From IMG/VR virus record IMGVR_UViG_3300043427_003501, positions 8,548 through 72,547 of that record: DNA of 64,000 nt. One strand, written 5' to 3'. How positions within the stretch are numbered: the first letter of the stretch is position 1; every line of letters starts with the position of its first letter. Positions 1 to 9,746 of the stretch are shown piece by piece. The position numbers were made by a program, and so were the translations under genes. The notes below the pieces were generated by a model that made no database searches, was not told the DNA's origin, and was given only the letters and a program-made list of their open reading frames with translations. This stretch comes from a virus.

Positions 1-48
1 TTCGCCAGTTCGACCGGGTGATCGGATTCGCGACATCGAGGACATCAA

Positions 49-642
49 ATGATCGTCATGGGTGTCGACACTGAGACTACGGGTCTCGAGCAGGAGAAGG
101 GCCATCGAATCATCGAAATCGCTCTTGTTTCCTACGATCTTGAAAGCCGCAAACTGATGGATCGCTACGTTCAGCGAATCGATCCTGAACGTCCGATCGA
201 CTCGGGCGCTCAGGCGGCACATGGCATCAGCTACACGGAACTTGTCGGCCAACCCAAATGGGAAGATGTCGCCGAAGAGATCAACCGCCGACTTGGCGGT
301 ACTGATCTTCTGGTGGCGCACAACATGGGCTTTGACGGTCCCTTCATCGCAGGAGAGCTTCTGCGAGTCGGTCTTCAACCGCCCAATGTTCACTCAGTCT
401 GCACGATGGAAAACGCTCGGTGGGCATGCCCCGACGGTAAGTTACCTCGTCTAGGCGAGCTCTGCTTTGCGCTTGGTGTCGGTTATGACCGCGCCAAAGC
501 TCATGCTGCTGAGTACGACATCGAAGTCACGATGGCTTGCTTCTTTCGCGGCCTGGATCGTGGTTTCTACGAACTGCCCAAGAAGTTGAAGGGCATCAAC
601 GAATTCAAAAACTGCCACGACGCACCAGGAGCACCAGCATGA
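49..642 (+). CDS. DEDDh 3'-5' exonuclease (DnaQ/epsilon-like)
   Basis: ExoI DTETTG, ExoII AHNMGFD, ExoIII HAAEYD motifs. Confidence 0.9.
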   Translation: MIVMGVDTETTGLEQEKGHRIIEIALVSYDLESRKLMDRYVQRIDPERPIDSGAQAAHGISYTELVGQPKWEDVAEEINRRLGGTDLLVAHNMGFDGPFIAGELLRVGLQPPNVHSVCTMENARWACPDGKLPRLGELCFALGVGYDRAKAHAAEYDIEVTMACFFRGLDRGFYELPKKLKGINEFKNCHDAPGAPA

Positions 643-1022
643 GCCTTGAGTTTCATGGATACGAAATGAAGAGAGAGCCAACGATGTTGCCGACTCCGAA
701 GGAGTTCTGCGTCGAGAACAATCCCAGTTACGCTAAGTCACTCGTGACAGGGATTGTCTCTCCTCTCTTTCATCTGCCTCAGATCATCTTCTTTGGATGT
801 TTGTGGCCGTTCATCACCGCAATTGGCAAGAGCATTGCCTATATCGGACTGTCGATGTATGCGGGATTCACAGGCAGAGCGTCAGGCTACCGTACTACGG
901 AGGTTAAGTCGGTCGCCATTTCGCAGGCAGATCGCCAGAAGGCGGTCAACAGAATGTTGGAAGGCTCTGGCTTTGTGGCGGTACCAATTGAGGCCATCAC
1001 TGAGCCGACTTCCGAGAAATGA
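639..1022 (+). CDS. hypothetical membrane protein
   Basis: ATGA overlap with upstream gene, AGGAG upstream, hydrophobic central segment; start uncertain. Confidence 0.55.
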   Translation: MSLEFHGYEMKREPTMLPTPKEFCVENNPSYAKSLVTGIVSPLFHLPQIIFFGCLWPFITAIGKSIAYIGLSMYAGFTGRASGYRTTEVKSVAISQADRQKAVNRMLEGSGFVAVPIEAITEPTSEK

Positions 1023-1210
1023 TTCCTTCGCCATGCAGCAAGCGATGCAAACCAGATTGGAATGCGAGCTTGTGTTTGTCCTGTCGCCGAACATTCGAAG
1101 AGATCGGTGCCTGGAACAAGCTGAGTGACGAGGCCAAAACTGTCATATTGGAGCGAATTAAGCATGGATCAAATTCAGACGATGCGCCTGGCAATGCAGG
1201 CGCTGCGTAA
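1019..1210 (+). CDS. DUF1289-like small Cys-rich protein
   Basis: SPCxxxC...CLSCRRTxxEIxxWxxLSD pattern. Confidence 0.7.
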   Translation: MIPSPCSKRCKPDWNASLCLSCRRTFEEIGAWNKLSDEAKTVILERIKHGSNSDDAPGNAGAA

Positions 1211-1712
1211 CGGAGCTCGAGTCTGGGATGCTATGGACATTCTCGACGCAGGCATAAAGCTAGCTCAGGCTTCGGGAAACGATGAAGGGTTGGCGATCAA
1301 GGAGTGGTTCGACAAGACAGACTGGATGAAGGGTACATACGAACCCAAAGAGCTTGGCTTGCATAGAGCCGATGTCCTGAAGCAGAGAGTCGATCGCCTG
1401 CAAGCGGAAAATGAAAGGTTGCGAGAGGCTTTGCGTCTCATCAGCCTTGCAGGCCAAAACAGCATGAGCAGCCGCAGAGAGTGTGGAGCTTTAGCGCGGC
1501 GTGCTTTGGAGCAAGCGCCTTGTGACATCGCCGAAGATGGCGTTTGTGAGACGTTGGAATGCTGTAAAGAGCAAGAGCAGTCTCGGCGCGAATGGCAGAG
1601 CTTGACAGACACGGAGCGTGCGGCAATTCAGTACGAGAGTTTCAAACGCGGACTGACCCCTCTTGAGTTCATGGAATTGCATGAGGCCAAGATGAAGGAG
1701 AAGAACGCATGA
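1164..1712 (+). CDS. hypothetical protein
   Basis: ORF in co-oriented array; GGAG upstream of ATG 1164. Confidence 0.5.
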   Translation: MDQIQTMRLAMQALRNGARVWDAMDILDAGIKLAQASGNDEGLAIKEWFDKTDWMKGTYEPKELGLHRADVLKQRVDRLQAENERLREALRLISLAGQNSMSSRRECGALARRALEQAPCDIAEDGVCETLECCKEQEQSRREWQSLTDTERAAIQYESFKRGLTPLEFMELHEAKMKEKNA

Positions 1713-2032
1713 AACCCATCACCATCGACCGAGCCGTGATCCAGCAGGCGCTGGAGGCGTTGGAAAGCCTGTTCACGTTGCAAGTGGACTATGCCCGTCC
1801 CAAGCAATGCGGAGACGCCATTACCGCCCTCCGCGCCGCGTTGGAGCAGCCGGAGCAGGAGCCAGTGGCGTGGATGCACAGGCACATTGAAGGCAACGTC
1901 ATTACGCACAGGCCCGCCGACTTGGATAGGCACCCCGACAGATGGACATTTCTCTACAAGAACCCGACGCCATGTGAAACCTGTCAGGCGCTGGCCCGCA
2001 CTGTGATGATGGATCAGATGGGGGCAGCATGA
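1709..2032 (+). CDS. small mosaic phage protein (AALEQPEQEPVAW type)
   Basis: AAGGAG RBS, ATGA overlaps on both sides. Confidence 0.65.
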   Translation: MKPITIDRAVIQQALEALESLFTLQVDYARPKQCGDAITALRAALEQPEQEPVAWMHRHIEGNVITHRPADLDRHPDRWTFLYKNPTPCETCQALARTVMMDQMGAA

Positions 2033-2232
2033 CCCAATGGAGAAACATAACCGGAGAAGCAGAAGACGGTCGTCTTGTTACGCATGTCGTTCCTGTTGCT
2101 GACTTGCGTGAACACTCGCTCACCTCTAAATGCTGGTGTGACCCAGACCTTGATGAGTGGTATCGGGTTGCCACGCACCACAGCGCCGACAACAGAGAAG
2201 CGTTTGAACGCGGGGAAAGGAAAGCATCATGA
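2029..2232 (+). CDS. small His/Cys protein (HVVPxxDLREH...CWC...HH)
   Basis: ATGA-coupled on both sides; metal-ligand pattern. Confidence 0.6.
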   Translation: MTQWRNITGEAEDGRLVTHVVPVADLREHSLTSKCWCDPDLDEWYRVATHHSADNREAFERGERKAS

Positions 2233-2621
2233 CCACACTACGCGAAGCCGCCCAGCAAGCTGTCGCGATGCTGAAGACGGGAATGCCAGAGTACGACGCT
2301 CACGATGTGCTGGAGGTGCTTGAGGCCGCGCTGGAGCAGCCGGAGCAGGAGCCGGTGGCGTGGATAAGCCCTGCGTCTGAGTCAATGATTGGCAAAACAG
2401 ACGAGAACGGTTCGGCGTATCACATCATTACGACCAGCAAAAAGACGGCCAACAACTCAGTCCCCCTCTTCACCTACCCACCCCGCCGCGAGTGGCGAGG
2501 GCTGACGGAGGAGGAAATCATTTCGCTGGCAAATGAACCGCGATGGCCTGTAGGAAATAGCTACGTTGTGCCATTCGCCAGAGCCATCGAGGCCGCGCTG
2601 AAGGAGCTAAACCATGAGTGA
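2229..2621 (+). CDS. small mosaic phage protein (EPVAW...LTEEEI...FARAIEA)
   Basis: Coupled ORF; shares a 41-bp repeat with 1709..2032. Confidence 0.65.
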   Translation: MTTLREAAQQAVAMLKTGMPEYDAHDVLEVLEAALEQPEQEPVAWISPASESMIGKTDENGSAYHIITTSKKTANNSVPLFTYPPRREWRGLTEEEIISLANEPRWPVGNSYVVPFARAIEAALKELNHE

Positions 2622-2880
2622 ACAACCCGAAGCACTGCGGCTGGCTACCCAACTTGAAAAGTATTGGGGCGCAGAGAGCGGCCACGACCGCGAACGACAA
2701 GCCGCCGCCGAACTGCGCCGCCTGCATGCGGTGAATCAGGAACTGCTGGAGGCGTTGAAGTTGGCGCTGTCTGCGCATGGCGTGCTTCTGCTGAGCGACC
2801 CCCCGCAAGATGCTTGGAAGACCTACGGTGTGGAGCAAAAGGCCCGCGCCGCCATCAAGAAAGCGGAGGGGCAAGCATGA
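2614..2880 (+). CDS. hypothetical protein
   Basis: AAGGAG RBS; coupled ORF. Confidence 0.6.
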   Translation: MSEQPEALRLATQLEKYWGAESGHDRERQAAAELRRLHAVNQELLEALKLALSAHGVLLLSDPPQDAWKTYGVEQKARAAIKKAEGQA

Positions 2881-3080
2881 TTCGTCTTAGTTCGCCGCAC
2901 AGCGGCACCGTCCAGTACGTCTCTCCGCAGGCCATAGCCCGCGTCATCGAAGCAGGCGCATCCAGTCAATGGCACGGAATCCGCTCGATTGTGAAGACAT
3001 TCGACGGCGCGACCTTGGAATGCAGCGAGACAGCGCACGAGATCAACGCCGCGATCGCCAAAGCGGAGGGGCAAGCATGA
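2877..3080 (+). CDS. small beta-rich protein, possibly FlbD-like fold
   Basis: MIRLS...YVSPQAIARV...SIVKTFDG...CSETAHEI pattern; flanked by a 21-bp direct repeat. Confidence 0.45.
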   Translation: MIRLSSPHSGTVQYVSPQAIARVIEAGASSQWHGIRSIVKTFDGATLECSETAHEINAAIAKAEGQA

Positions 3081-3331
3081 GCCGCGACGACATCATCCGC
3101 ATGGCGCGGGAGGCTGGCGACGTTGAAATTGACCGTCGTGGCCGAGAGACTTTCAGCTACGACAGCTATGGCCTGGAACGCTTCGCCGCCCTTGTCGCCG
3201 CTGCCGAGCGCGAGGCGTGTGCGAAGGTGTGTGACCAGAAAGTTGATGCCGAGTACGCCACGGGGAAGGTTGACCACAACGAGATGGGATGGACGCAGGC
3301 TTGCGCCATTGCCATTCGCGCAATGGAGTAA
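3077..3331 (+). CDS. small phage protein (MSRDDIIRMAREAG...LERFAALVAAAEREACA)
   Basis: GGAGG RBS, ATGA overlap. Confidence 0.65.
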   Translation: MSRDDIIRMAREAGDVEIDRRGRETFSYDSYGLERFAALVAAAEREACAKVCDQKVDAEYATGKVDHNEMGWTQACAIAIRAME

Positions 3332-3333
3332 GT

Positions 3334-3570
3334 ATGAACAGGGATAACGTCGTCAAATTGGCGCATGAGGCGGGATGTGCGGTGTACGAGGGCAGAGATA
3401 TTGCCCCTGCACTGGAACGCTTCGCCGCCATCATTCTCCAAAATAAACGGTCTCTTACAGATGCCGAAATTGGCGCAATTTGGTTTGAAGCCAAGATTCC
3501 TGGTCTGACCGAAACTAATGCCAGACTGCTCATTAGGGCAACTGAGCGCAAGATCAGGGAACTTCAATAG
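3334..3570 (+). CDS. small phage protein related to 3077..3331
   Basis: GGAG RBS; MNRDNVVKLAHEAG...LERFAA. Confidence 0.6.
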   Translation: MNRDNVVKLAHEAGCAVYEGRDIAPALERFAAIILQNKRSLTDAEIGAIWFEAKIPGLTETNARLLIRATERKIRELQ

Positions 3571-3636
3571 CCAGTATTTCTACTCCTGATTCGTTGCGAC
3601 AGAATTATCAGATCGCAACACAACAAGGAGCGTCAT

Positions 3637-3885
3637 ATGCGGATTCGCAAACTCGCCGAGCCTCTCAACGACAAAGCTGAGGGTTATTGCGGCGGCTTTC
3701 CCTACACCACCGAACTCGCCGGACCTGACGGCGTTTCCATTCATTTCTGGGTTGGCGCTCAGACAGTTACGGAAGAGATGCTGCAGGCCGCTCTGACGAA
3801 GGCGCGCAGGGCGCGAGATGTCGTCTGTGCCAGCTGGAGCGAAGGCATGCCCATCAAGTTCTGGGCGCATCAGGACATCAATTGA
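3637..3885 (+). CDS. hypothetical early protein
   Basis: AAGGAG RBS, promoter-like leader. Confidence 0.6.
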   Translation: MRIRKLAEPLNDKAEGYCGGFPYTTELAGPDGVSIHFWVGAQTVTEEMLQAALTKARRARDVVCASWSEGMPIKFWAHQDIN

Positions 3886-3895
3886 AGGAGCGCAC

Positions 3896-4087
3896 ATGAC
3901 GAGCAAATGGAAATGCCGCGAGTGTGGCTCGATCAACGTCCAAATCTCTCTGCCTACGTGGTATCGAGAGTCCCAAGATGGCGATCTCATGCTTGTGGAT
4001 ACTGACTACGAAGCCGATCCTATCTACTGGTACTGCGAGGACTGCGATACGTCCGATAACGGCAGTCCCGCTTTTGCATTGAGGTAA
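3896..4087 (+). CDS. zinc-ribbon protein
   Basis: CRECGS...CEDC; AAGGAG RBS. Confidence 0.65.
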   Translation: MTSKWKCRECGSINVQISLPTWYRESQDGDLMLVDTDYEADPIYWYCEDCDTSDNGSPAFALR

Positions 4088-4089
4088 AG

Positions 4090-4305
4090 ATGACCTACGC
4101 ACTACACATCCGACGAGGAACTTTGGTTATTACAGACCCACAACGCCGGTGCTACAACGGAGCCTATGCCTCGTCGCATATGGAGTGGTCACCCTGGGAG
4201 TTGTGGATCAAGGACTTCACATTCGATACGTTGGAGAAGGCTGAATACACGGCCAAGCTGTTCTGCCGCGAGGATCAGCAAGTCAAAGCTGTGGAGCTTG
4301 AGTGA
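4090..4305 (+). CDS. hypothetical protein
   Basis: GAGGT RBS; coupled ORF. Confidence 0.55.
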   Translation: MTYALHIRRGTLVITDPQRRCYNGAYASSHMEWSPWELWIKDFTFDTLEKAEYTAKLFCREDQQVKAVELE

Positions 4306-4790
4306 ACATCTTCGTCCTTCACCGTGAACCGGCCATTGCAGCGCAAATGGCCTGTGACAAGCACTGCGTGAAGATGATTCTGGAAACGGCTCAGATGCTG
4401 GCCACTGTCATTCAGGCCAATGGCGGTACGGCCAAGTACAAGCCAACACATGCAGGCCATCCCTGCACGATTTGGGCAGGCCAATCGGCTCACAACTTCG
4501 CCTGGTTATGGCATCACGGCCTGGCGCTGTGCGAGGAGTACACCTTCCGCTACGGCCGTACTCACGCCTGCCATGAACTGTTCGAGGGCGAGCTCCGCAA
4601 GCTGCCTTCTTCAGTACCTAAAGCAGGGCTGACCACATTCGCGCAGGCAATGCCTGAGCAGTATAAGCACCCTAATCCCGTCATTGCCTACCGTCGCTAC
4701 TACCTGGGCGACAAGGCGCGTTTTGCCAAATGGACGCTACGTGATGAGCCATTGTGGTTCACCTATAAGCGTCCGGAACTGGAGGTTTGA
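4302..4790 (+). CDS. pyrimidine dimer DNA glycosylase / endonuclease V-like family protein
   Basis: MNIFVL...DKHCVKMILETAQML...HPCTIW...QAMP...AYRRYY signature; activity not established. Confidence 0.75.
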   Translation: MNIFVLHREPAIAAQMACDKHCVKMILETAQMLATVIQANGGTAKYKPTHAGHPCTIWAGQSAHNFAWLWHHGLALCEEYTFRYGRTHACHELFEGELRKLPSSVPKAGLTTFAQAMPEQYKHPNPVIAYRRYYLGDKARFAKWTLRDEPLWFTYKRPELEV

Positions 4791-5230
4791 AAGTGATCTA
4801 CTTCGATAAGGTTGGAAACAAGATTTCTCCAGCCAAATGGCATGAACTTCGTGCCGACCACTCCTACACCACTGTTCGTGAGTTTGCCAATGAAAAAGTC
4901 TCCATTCGAGTTATTTGGCATGGCGCTCTGACACTGGGTGAGTCGAAGTCATTCAGGGACACATGGCCACTGTTTCAAATCAGCGTATCAAATGCCAATG
5001 CGGCTGGTGAGTTCAAGCCTGACCCCGTTCTGGACTGCAAGACGTTCCCTTACGAGAATATCGCCATTCAGGCATACGAGCACTTCCTTCTCCAGTGGTC
5101 GGAATGCAAGGTGAACGACAGTGGCGAGTTTGAGGAAGTGGGTAACGAGCTGACACCGCCTCCGCCACCAAGTCCCGACATCCCTACCTCGACGATCAGG
5201 GGTACGGGTACGGACCTGATGGTGTGGTGA
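4787..5230 (+). CDS. hypothetical protein
   Basis: TTG start overlapping upstream stop. Confidence 0.55.
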   Translation: MKVIYFDKVGNKISPAKWHELRADHSYTTVREFANEKVSIRVIWHGALTLGESKSFRDTWPLFQISVSNANAAGEFKPDPVLDCKTFPYENIAIQAYEHFLLQWSECKVNDSGEFEEVGNELTPPPPPSPDIPTSTIRGTGTDLMVW

Positions 5231-5341
5231 GGAGTACGGGAGCAGCTCTGTATAGGGCTCTCGGACGGTGGCGCAGCCACTGTCGGCTATTACAGGCAAA
5301 GTCCTAGGCGTTTGTCCAAAATGGCAGCCAAGACGCCCAAG

Positions 5342-5400
5342 TCCTGAATTATCCTGAATTATCCTCAGCAGGATAATTCCTCATAAAAGTCCATAAAAGT
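5342..5400. repeat. tandem TCCTGAATTA x2, hairpin GAATTATCCT/AGGATAATTC, CATAAAAGT x2
   Basis: Read directly in intergenic DNA. Confidence 0.7.
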
Positions 5401-5696
5401 ACCCTGCGGCCGCTGTTGACACTCCTATGATCCAGCGGTATTCGCATGCGCGCTGGCGCGCATTCTTGATCAGTTCCTGCTCGGCACGTTCCCTACAAGG
5501 TGTCCTGCGAATACTGTTGTAACTCCTATCCGTGAGGTTGATACTTCAACCATCGACAAACCCGCTGATGGAAATGAGAGCAAGGCCCAACATTCAAGTC
5601 TCCAAGCAATTTGCTTGTAACTCCAAGCCTGTGTCTCTACAGTTCAATCATCGATTTATCGATGCCGTTCAACCCGCTCACCAAAGGAGTTTTTCC

Positions 5697-6551
5697 ATGA
5701 GCAAGCGCAAATCCAAGCAGCAGTCCGAACTGGACACCTTCTTTCACGCACTGGGCGTGGTGGAAGCCCCCACAACCGATGACGCTCTGTTGGCGTCGAT
5801 GATCGGTGATCTCAACCTGGACGACGATGGCGAACTGCCCGAGCCGCCCAGCGAGATCATCGTGCCTGTCGATATGCTCTCGGGCGATCCGCTCGAAGCT
5901 GCGGTGGCAGACATCGAGAAGGCAGAAGCTGTTCAGGCTCTGTACGAGGAGCAGGACTCTGAGTTCGAGACTTCGGAGGCTGACAAGCCCTCGACCGAGA
6001 CGGTCGCCGACTCTGCTAAGCCCGCGAAGGTCAAGAAGGAGCGTGCTGCGAAGGCTCCCAAGACCACTCGCGTCACCTCCATCACGCATCAACCGGGCGA
6101 TCGTCTGGTGGCGATGCTCGGTGCCGACTACAAAGACTTCCTCGTCTTCTACAAGTCGGACGACACGATCGCTGCGGAGACTCGCGTCGAGTCCTTCGTG
6201 ACCGCCATGAACGATCGCGAGGCGATTGCCGATAAGGTCAAAGACAAGGCCGTCATGCTGCTGACTTGGCTCAAGGCTGGCAAAGATGTCTCGGAGCTCA
6301 ACGAGGTTCTTCGTCGGGCGTTCACGGTTCTCTTCCGAGACGGTGAACTGACATCGGGCAAGGCGGGCAATCTCCAGACCGACCTGCTGTCCAAGCCGTA
6401 CTCACCGGGTACGTCGGCATCGCAGGCGAATCAGATGTTCATGCTGTTCCCGATTCTCGGTATCACCCAACGCGAGAAGGGTCGCATGGTCGTCAATCCG
6501 GACAGCACCATCGCTGAGGCGATGAAGATCAAGCTGGGTGTCGCGGCGTAA
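5697..6551 (+). CDS. acidic N-terminus plus helical/winged-helix-like C domain; distant paralog of 15045 and 16999 genes
   Basis: AAGGAG RBS; YSPGTSASQANQMFMLFPILGI aligns with CSEGTASTQASSTRMMLRALGV. Confidence 0.7.
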   Translation: MSKRKSKQQSELDTFFHALGVVEAPTTDDALLASMIGDLNLDDDGELPEPPSEIIVPVDMLSGDPLEAAVADIEKAEAVQALYEEQDSEFETSEADKPSTETVADSAKPAKVKKERAAKAPKTTRVTSITHQPGDRLVAMLGADYKDFLVFYKSDDTIAAETRVESFVTAMNDREAIADKVKDKAVMLLTWLKAGKDVSELNEVLRRAFTVLFRDGELTSGKAGNLQTDLLSKPYSPGTSASQANQMFMLFPILGITQREKGRMVVNPDSTIAEAMKIKLGVAA

Positions 6552-6554
6552 TTG

Positions 6555-6581
6555 GGAGGGGCTTAGGCCCCTTCCTTTTTT
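6555..6581 (+). terminator. Rho-independent terminator
   Basis: GGAGGGGC-TTAG-GCCCCTTCC followed by T6. Confidence 0.8.
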
Positions 6582-6623
6582 GAGCGTGTCACGTTGGCGC
6601 GCTGAAACAAGGAAGGAACCTAT

Positions 6624-6944
6624 ATGGAGGATGGAATCATGGATGCTGGCACAGCTTACTTGAGCCTGATGCGTGAGCGCAATGCCTATCGCGACATCGC
6701 CCTGCAGATGCAGATGGCGCTAGATGCGATCCGCGCTCTGCACCCTTCTGACACCGAAGAAGGCTACAACGAGTGGGGCGAAGCGGAATGCTTCCATAGA
6801 GCTCAGCGTATCGCCTTCGACACCCTCAATCAACTCAACAAGGAGTATGGAAGTGGACCTCTCGATTCTGGACAAGATGTCAACCGAGGCGCTGCAGGCG
6901 ATTCGAGATCGGACTCAGGACTTGCTTCAGGCGCGTTCGCGTAG
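6624..6944 (+). CDS. hypothetical protein
   Basis: AAGGA RBS; overlaps next ORF. Confidence 0.5.
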   Translation: MEDGIMDAGTAYLSLMRERNAYRDIALQMQMALDAIRALHPSDTEEGYNEWGEAECFHRAQRIAFDTLNQLNKEYGSGPLDSGQDVNRGAAGDSRSDSGLASGAFA

Positions 6945-7167
6945 TGTTATCAGAGTCGGCGCCTTTGCCGAGTTCAAGGACAAGAATGGCGTCGTGCGGA
7001 CTATCCAAATCACTCGGGTCAACGCCAAGAGCGTCACCGGGTTGGAAAACGGCAAGCTCCGCTGGCGCGTCAGCCCTCAGTTTCTGACAGTCAGGACTTT
7101 GCCAAGCGCTCCCGTGATAACCGCCGAGCGCCATGTGCCCAAGACCGAAGCCACCGCCGTTTGGTGA
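6847..7167 (+). CDS. hypothetical SH3-like protein
   Basis: IRVGAFAEF...ITRVNAKSV...WRVSPQFL pattern; start uncertain. Confidence 0.5.
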   Translation: MEVDLSILDKMSTEALQAIRDRTQDLLQARSRSVIRVGAFAEFKDKNGVVRTIQITRVNAKSVTGLENGKLRWRVSPQFLTVRTLPSAPVITAERHVPKTEATAVW

Positions 7168-7563
7168 CAGTAAGGCGCCTTTTTGGCGTTTTTTGGCTTC
7201 AGACCAAAATTTCCTAGGACTTAGCGGTTCTCCCTAGCGGCGACTGCTGCGCGACACCAGCACACGATCTAGGACTGCGGTGTTCCTGCCATCAGAACGC
7301 GCTACAAGCGATTTCCAAGATGTCGGTAATGGTGAGGTACCACCGACAAAACGAAACCAAGGCCAAGGTGTTTTCGTCGGTTTGCCCTAGGGGCTTCCTA
7401 TAGCACTTTGTGCTATAGGCCGATAAATAGGAGATTTCAACTCGCCTCTGTGAACTCCCTGCAAAAGCGCTTCAAAGTCCTATAGCGGCTCGCAACAATG
7501 AGTCATGTCGCAAACACGGCGACAGGCACAAGCGCCATGCGCTTCATCTCAAGGAGTCACAGT

Positions 7564-8007
7564 ATGTGGGACAAGGAAGGTATTCAAAGGCTATTAGCCG
7601 AGAACGACAAGGCTGTCGTTCGGGCAGTGGCTGCAATCTATGCGCGCCAAACTGCATCCGAGCAGAGCACAGAGTCCACCGTTGAGTCCAACGGTGTCGG
7701 TTTCAACTACGCGGATGCTAGGCTTGGCACCTACTATGGGCAGTACATCGCTCGTCGGGGTGCCTTGACTGGCCATCATCTTCAGAAGGCTCGTCGGATG
7801 ATGATGAAGTATTGGCGTCAGTTGGCTGAGATTGCGAACGCCAAGCAGCCGACTGTGGTCGAGCCCAAGATCGAAGCTGCTGGCTTTCGTCCGATCGAAC
7901 CTGACGAGGATGTTGGCAACTACCTCGAGGAGAAGATGATTCACGACGAGATGGCCGCTGCAGGCATGTTGGAGACCACAACTCCGCGCCCTGCTGATTG
8001 GGCTTGA
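7564..8007 (+). CDS. conserved-looking phage early protein
   Basis: AAGGAG RBS; IYARQTxxEQ...NGVGFN...KYWRQL. Confidence 0.7.
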   Translation: MWDKEGIQRLLAENDKAVVRAVAAIYARQTASEQSTESTVESNGVGFNYADARLGTYYGQYIARRGALTGHHLQKARRMMMKYWRQLAEIANAKQPTVVEPKIEAAGFRPIEPDEDVGNYLEEKMIHDEMAAAGMLETTTPRPADWA

Positions 8008-8095
8008 TCTCGGGAATCAGTCACGGGTGACTTGTGTTTCCTGCAAGCGCAAGTCACACTTCACTTGTCACTTTTGACAGCAAAGGAGAAACCAT

Positions 8096-8608
8096 ATGGG
8101 TTTGGATATGTATGCGTACAGGATTCGCCAAGACATCATTGGCGATGCTCAAGTGGACGTTGACGTCAACGATCTCGTCCTGAAGGCCAGTGGCTACACG
8201 ACGCCCTCAGATGAGGAGTTTGAGAAGCTCAGCGACGAGGAGAAGAAGCGGCACTACGCCGAAGTTCACAAGCTGATCGACCGGGCGAAGGAAGACGGCA
8301 TCTTGGACACTGACTTTGCCTACTGGCGCAAGTTCAACCACCTGCATGGGTGGATGGAGGAGCTCTACAGGCACAAGGGCGGCCAAAGCGAGTCCTTCAA
8401 CTGCGACACGGTTCGCCTGATGCCAGACGATCTGGACGCGCTCTACGTCCTGGCAGCCAGCAAGGCGTTGGCACCGACGCAGGGCTTCTTCTTCGGAAGC
8501 TACGAGCCCTTCAACGACGACGACAAGGGTGAAGTCATCGACTTCATCCAGAAGGCTCGCTCGGCCATCAGGGACGGTTACGCCGTCCTGTACTCATCCT
8601 GGTGGTGA
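8096..8608 (+). CDS. MGLDMY...YWRK...SWW type phage early protein
   Basis: AAGGAG RBS; recognisable motif string. Confidence 0.75.
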   Translation: MGLDMYAYRIRQDIIGDAQVDVDVNDLVLKASGYTTPSDEEFEKLSDEEKKRHYAEVHKLIDRAKEDGILDTDFAYWRKFNHLHGWMEELYRHKGGQSESFNCDTVRLMPDDLDALYVLAASKALAPTQGFFFGSYEPFNDDDKGEVIDFIQKARSAIRDGYAVLYSSWW

Positions 8609-8702
8609 TTGGCTGCTTTATTGGATAAGTCACAGGCGACTAACCTTTTCCTGGGGTCGCTTGTGACAATTCACTGTCAGCAATCAACTGTGAGGAGTTT
8701 CT

Positions 8703-9020
8703 ATGGATTGGATCATCACCAAAGACAGGACTGCGGAGCCGGATGAGGCCTCATTCGCAGGGCGAGGTATGCGCGATGGCGTATTTCATATCGGCCTGCA
8801 GCTTCAACAGGACGCAGATGAGTGGCGTAAGCAGGAACTGATCTTTCAGTTCCAACTGCTCAACGACGATGGCGAAATCGACCTCGATGGCGAGTGTGGC
8901 GACATTCAAAACGCCTACGAACTCGACGCCTTCGCCCCTCTCGATTGGGCGTCCGACCTGATTGGCTGCACCGAACTCCGTTTCAGACTGAAAGGATCAA
9001 AGCAATGGCAAACCCTGTGA
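8703..9020 (+). CDS. acidic hypothetical protein
   Basis: GAGGAG RBS; own promoter-like leader. Confidence 0.65.
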   Translation: MDWIITKDRTAEPDEASFAGRGMRDGVFHIGLQLQQDADEWRKQELIFQFQLLNDDGEIDLDGECGDIQNAYELDAFAPLDWASDLIGCTELRFRLKGSKQWQTL

Positions 9021-9664
9021 ACGAACACAATTGGACAACCAAGAGATTCCACAGAACCATGCGTGAGGCGTTTCCAAACGATGCTAAATATGCCTGCGCT
9101 ATCGAAGTCCACAAACCGTTTCGGTGCCTGGACTTTCCCATCTTTGCCGTAGTGACAGGACTGGCGGCTGTGTCCGCAATTCTCATGATCCTCGCGAGTT
9201 GACGCATGGAAACTTCCACAAAAGCCACGTTTCATAAATCCTGCAACTGCCATATGTGCAGGCTTGGCAGGCAGCATTTCGACAGGAATCTGAATGAGCG
9301 GAAGCTGCGTAGGAAGTCAAAGAAGCAACTCCTCGACTATCGGCTCAAGGGCTCAGAAGATGTGGAAATTCATCCTATCTCAAGCCCCTTCACGGACTAA
9401 ATCCATGTTTGAAGCAATCCTCGTGTGCATCCTGTACGGAATTCTTGTAGGAAATAGGAAATGACTTCAGTGCCAAACAATGCTTTGAGGCTACTTAGGA
9501 TCGAGGGTGATCTTGTTGCCGTCTATGAAGGCAGGAGGCGTCTGGCCATCTTTGCGGGTGCCAGGCAGTTGGATCGAGAGTCAGCCGAAACTCTGCGGCT
9601 GACGCCTGAAGCAACTATCTTGGCGCAGCCCATTGAGCCTGTCGAGAACCCAACGGCCGCTTGA
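9017..9664 (+). other. cluster of small ORFs (9017..9202, 9206..9400, 9461..9664)
   Basis: Co-oriented, closely packed; no recognisable family. Confidence 0.45.
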
Positions 9665-9746
9665 AAGTGTCCTGCTAAGTCACTTGTGACTCCATGCGGC
9701 GAGCGTCAGAATCAATCATCGCAATCAACGACAAAGGAGTGACGCG

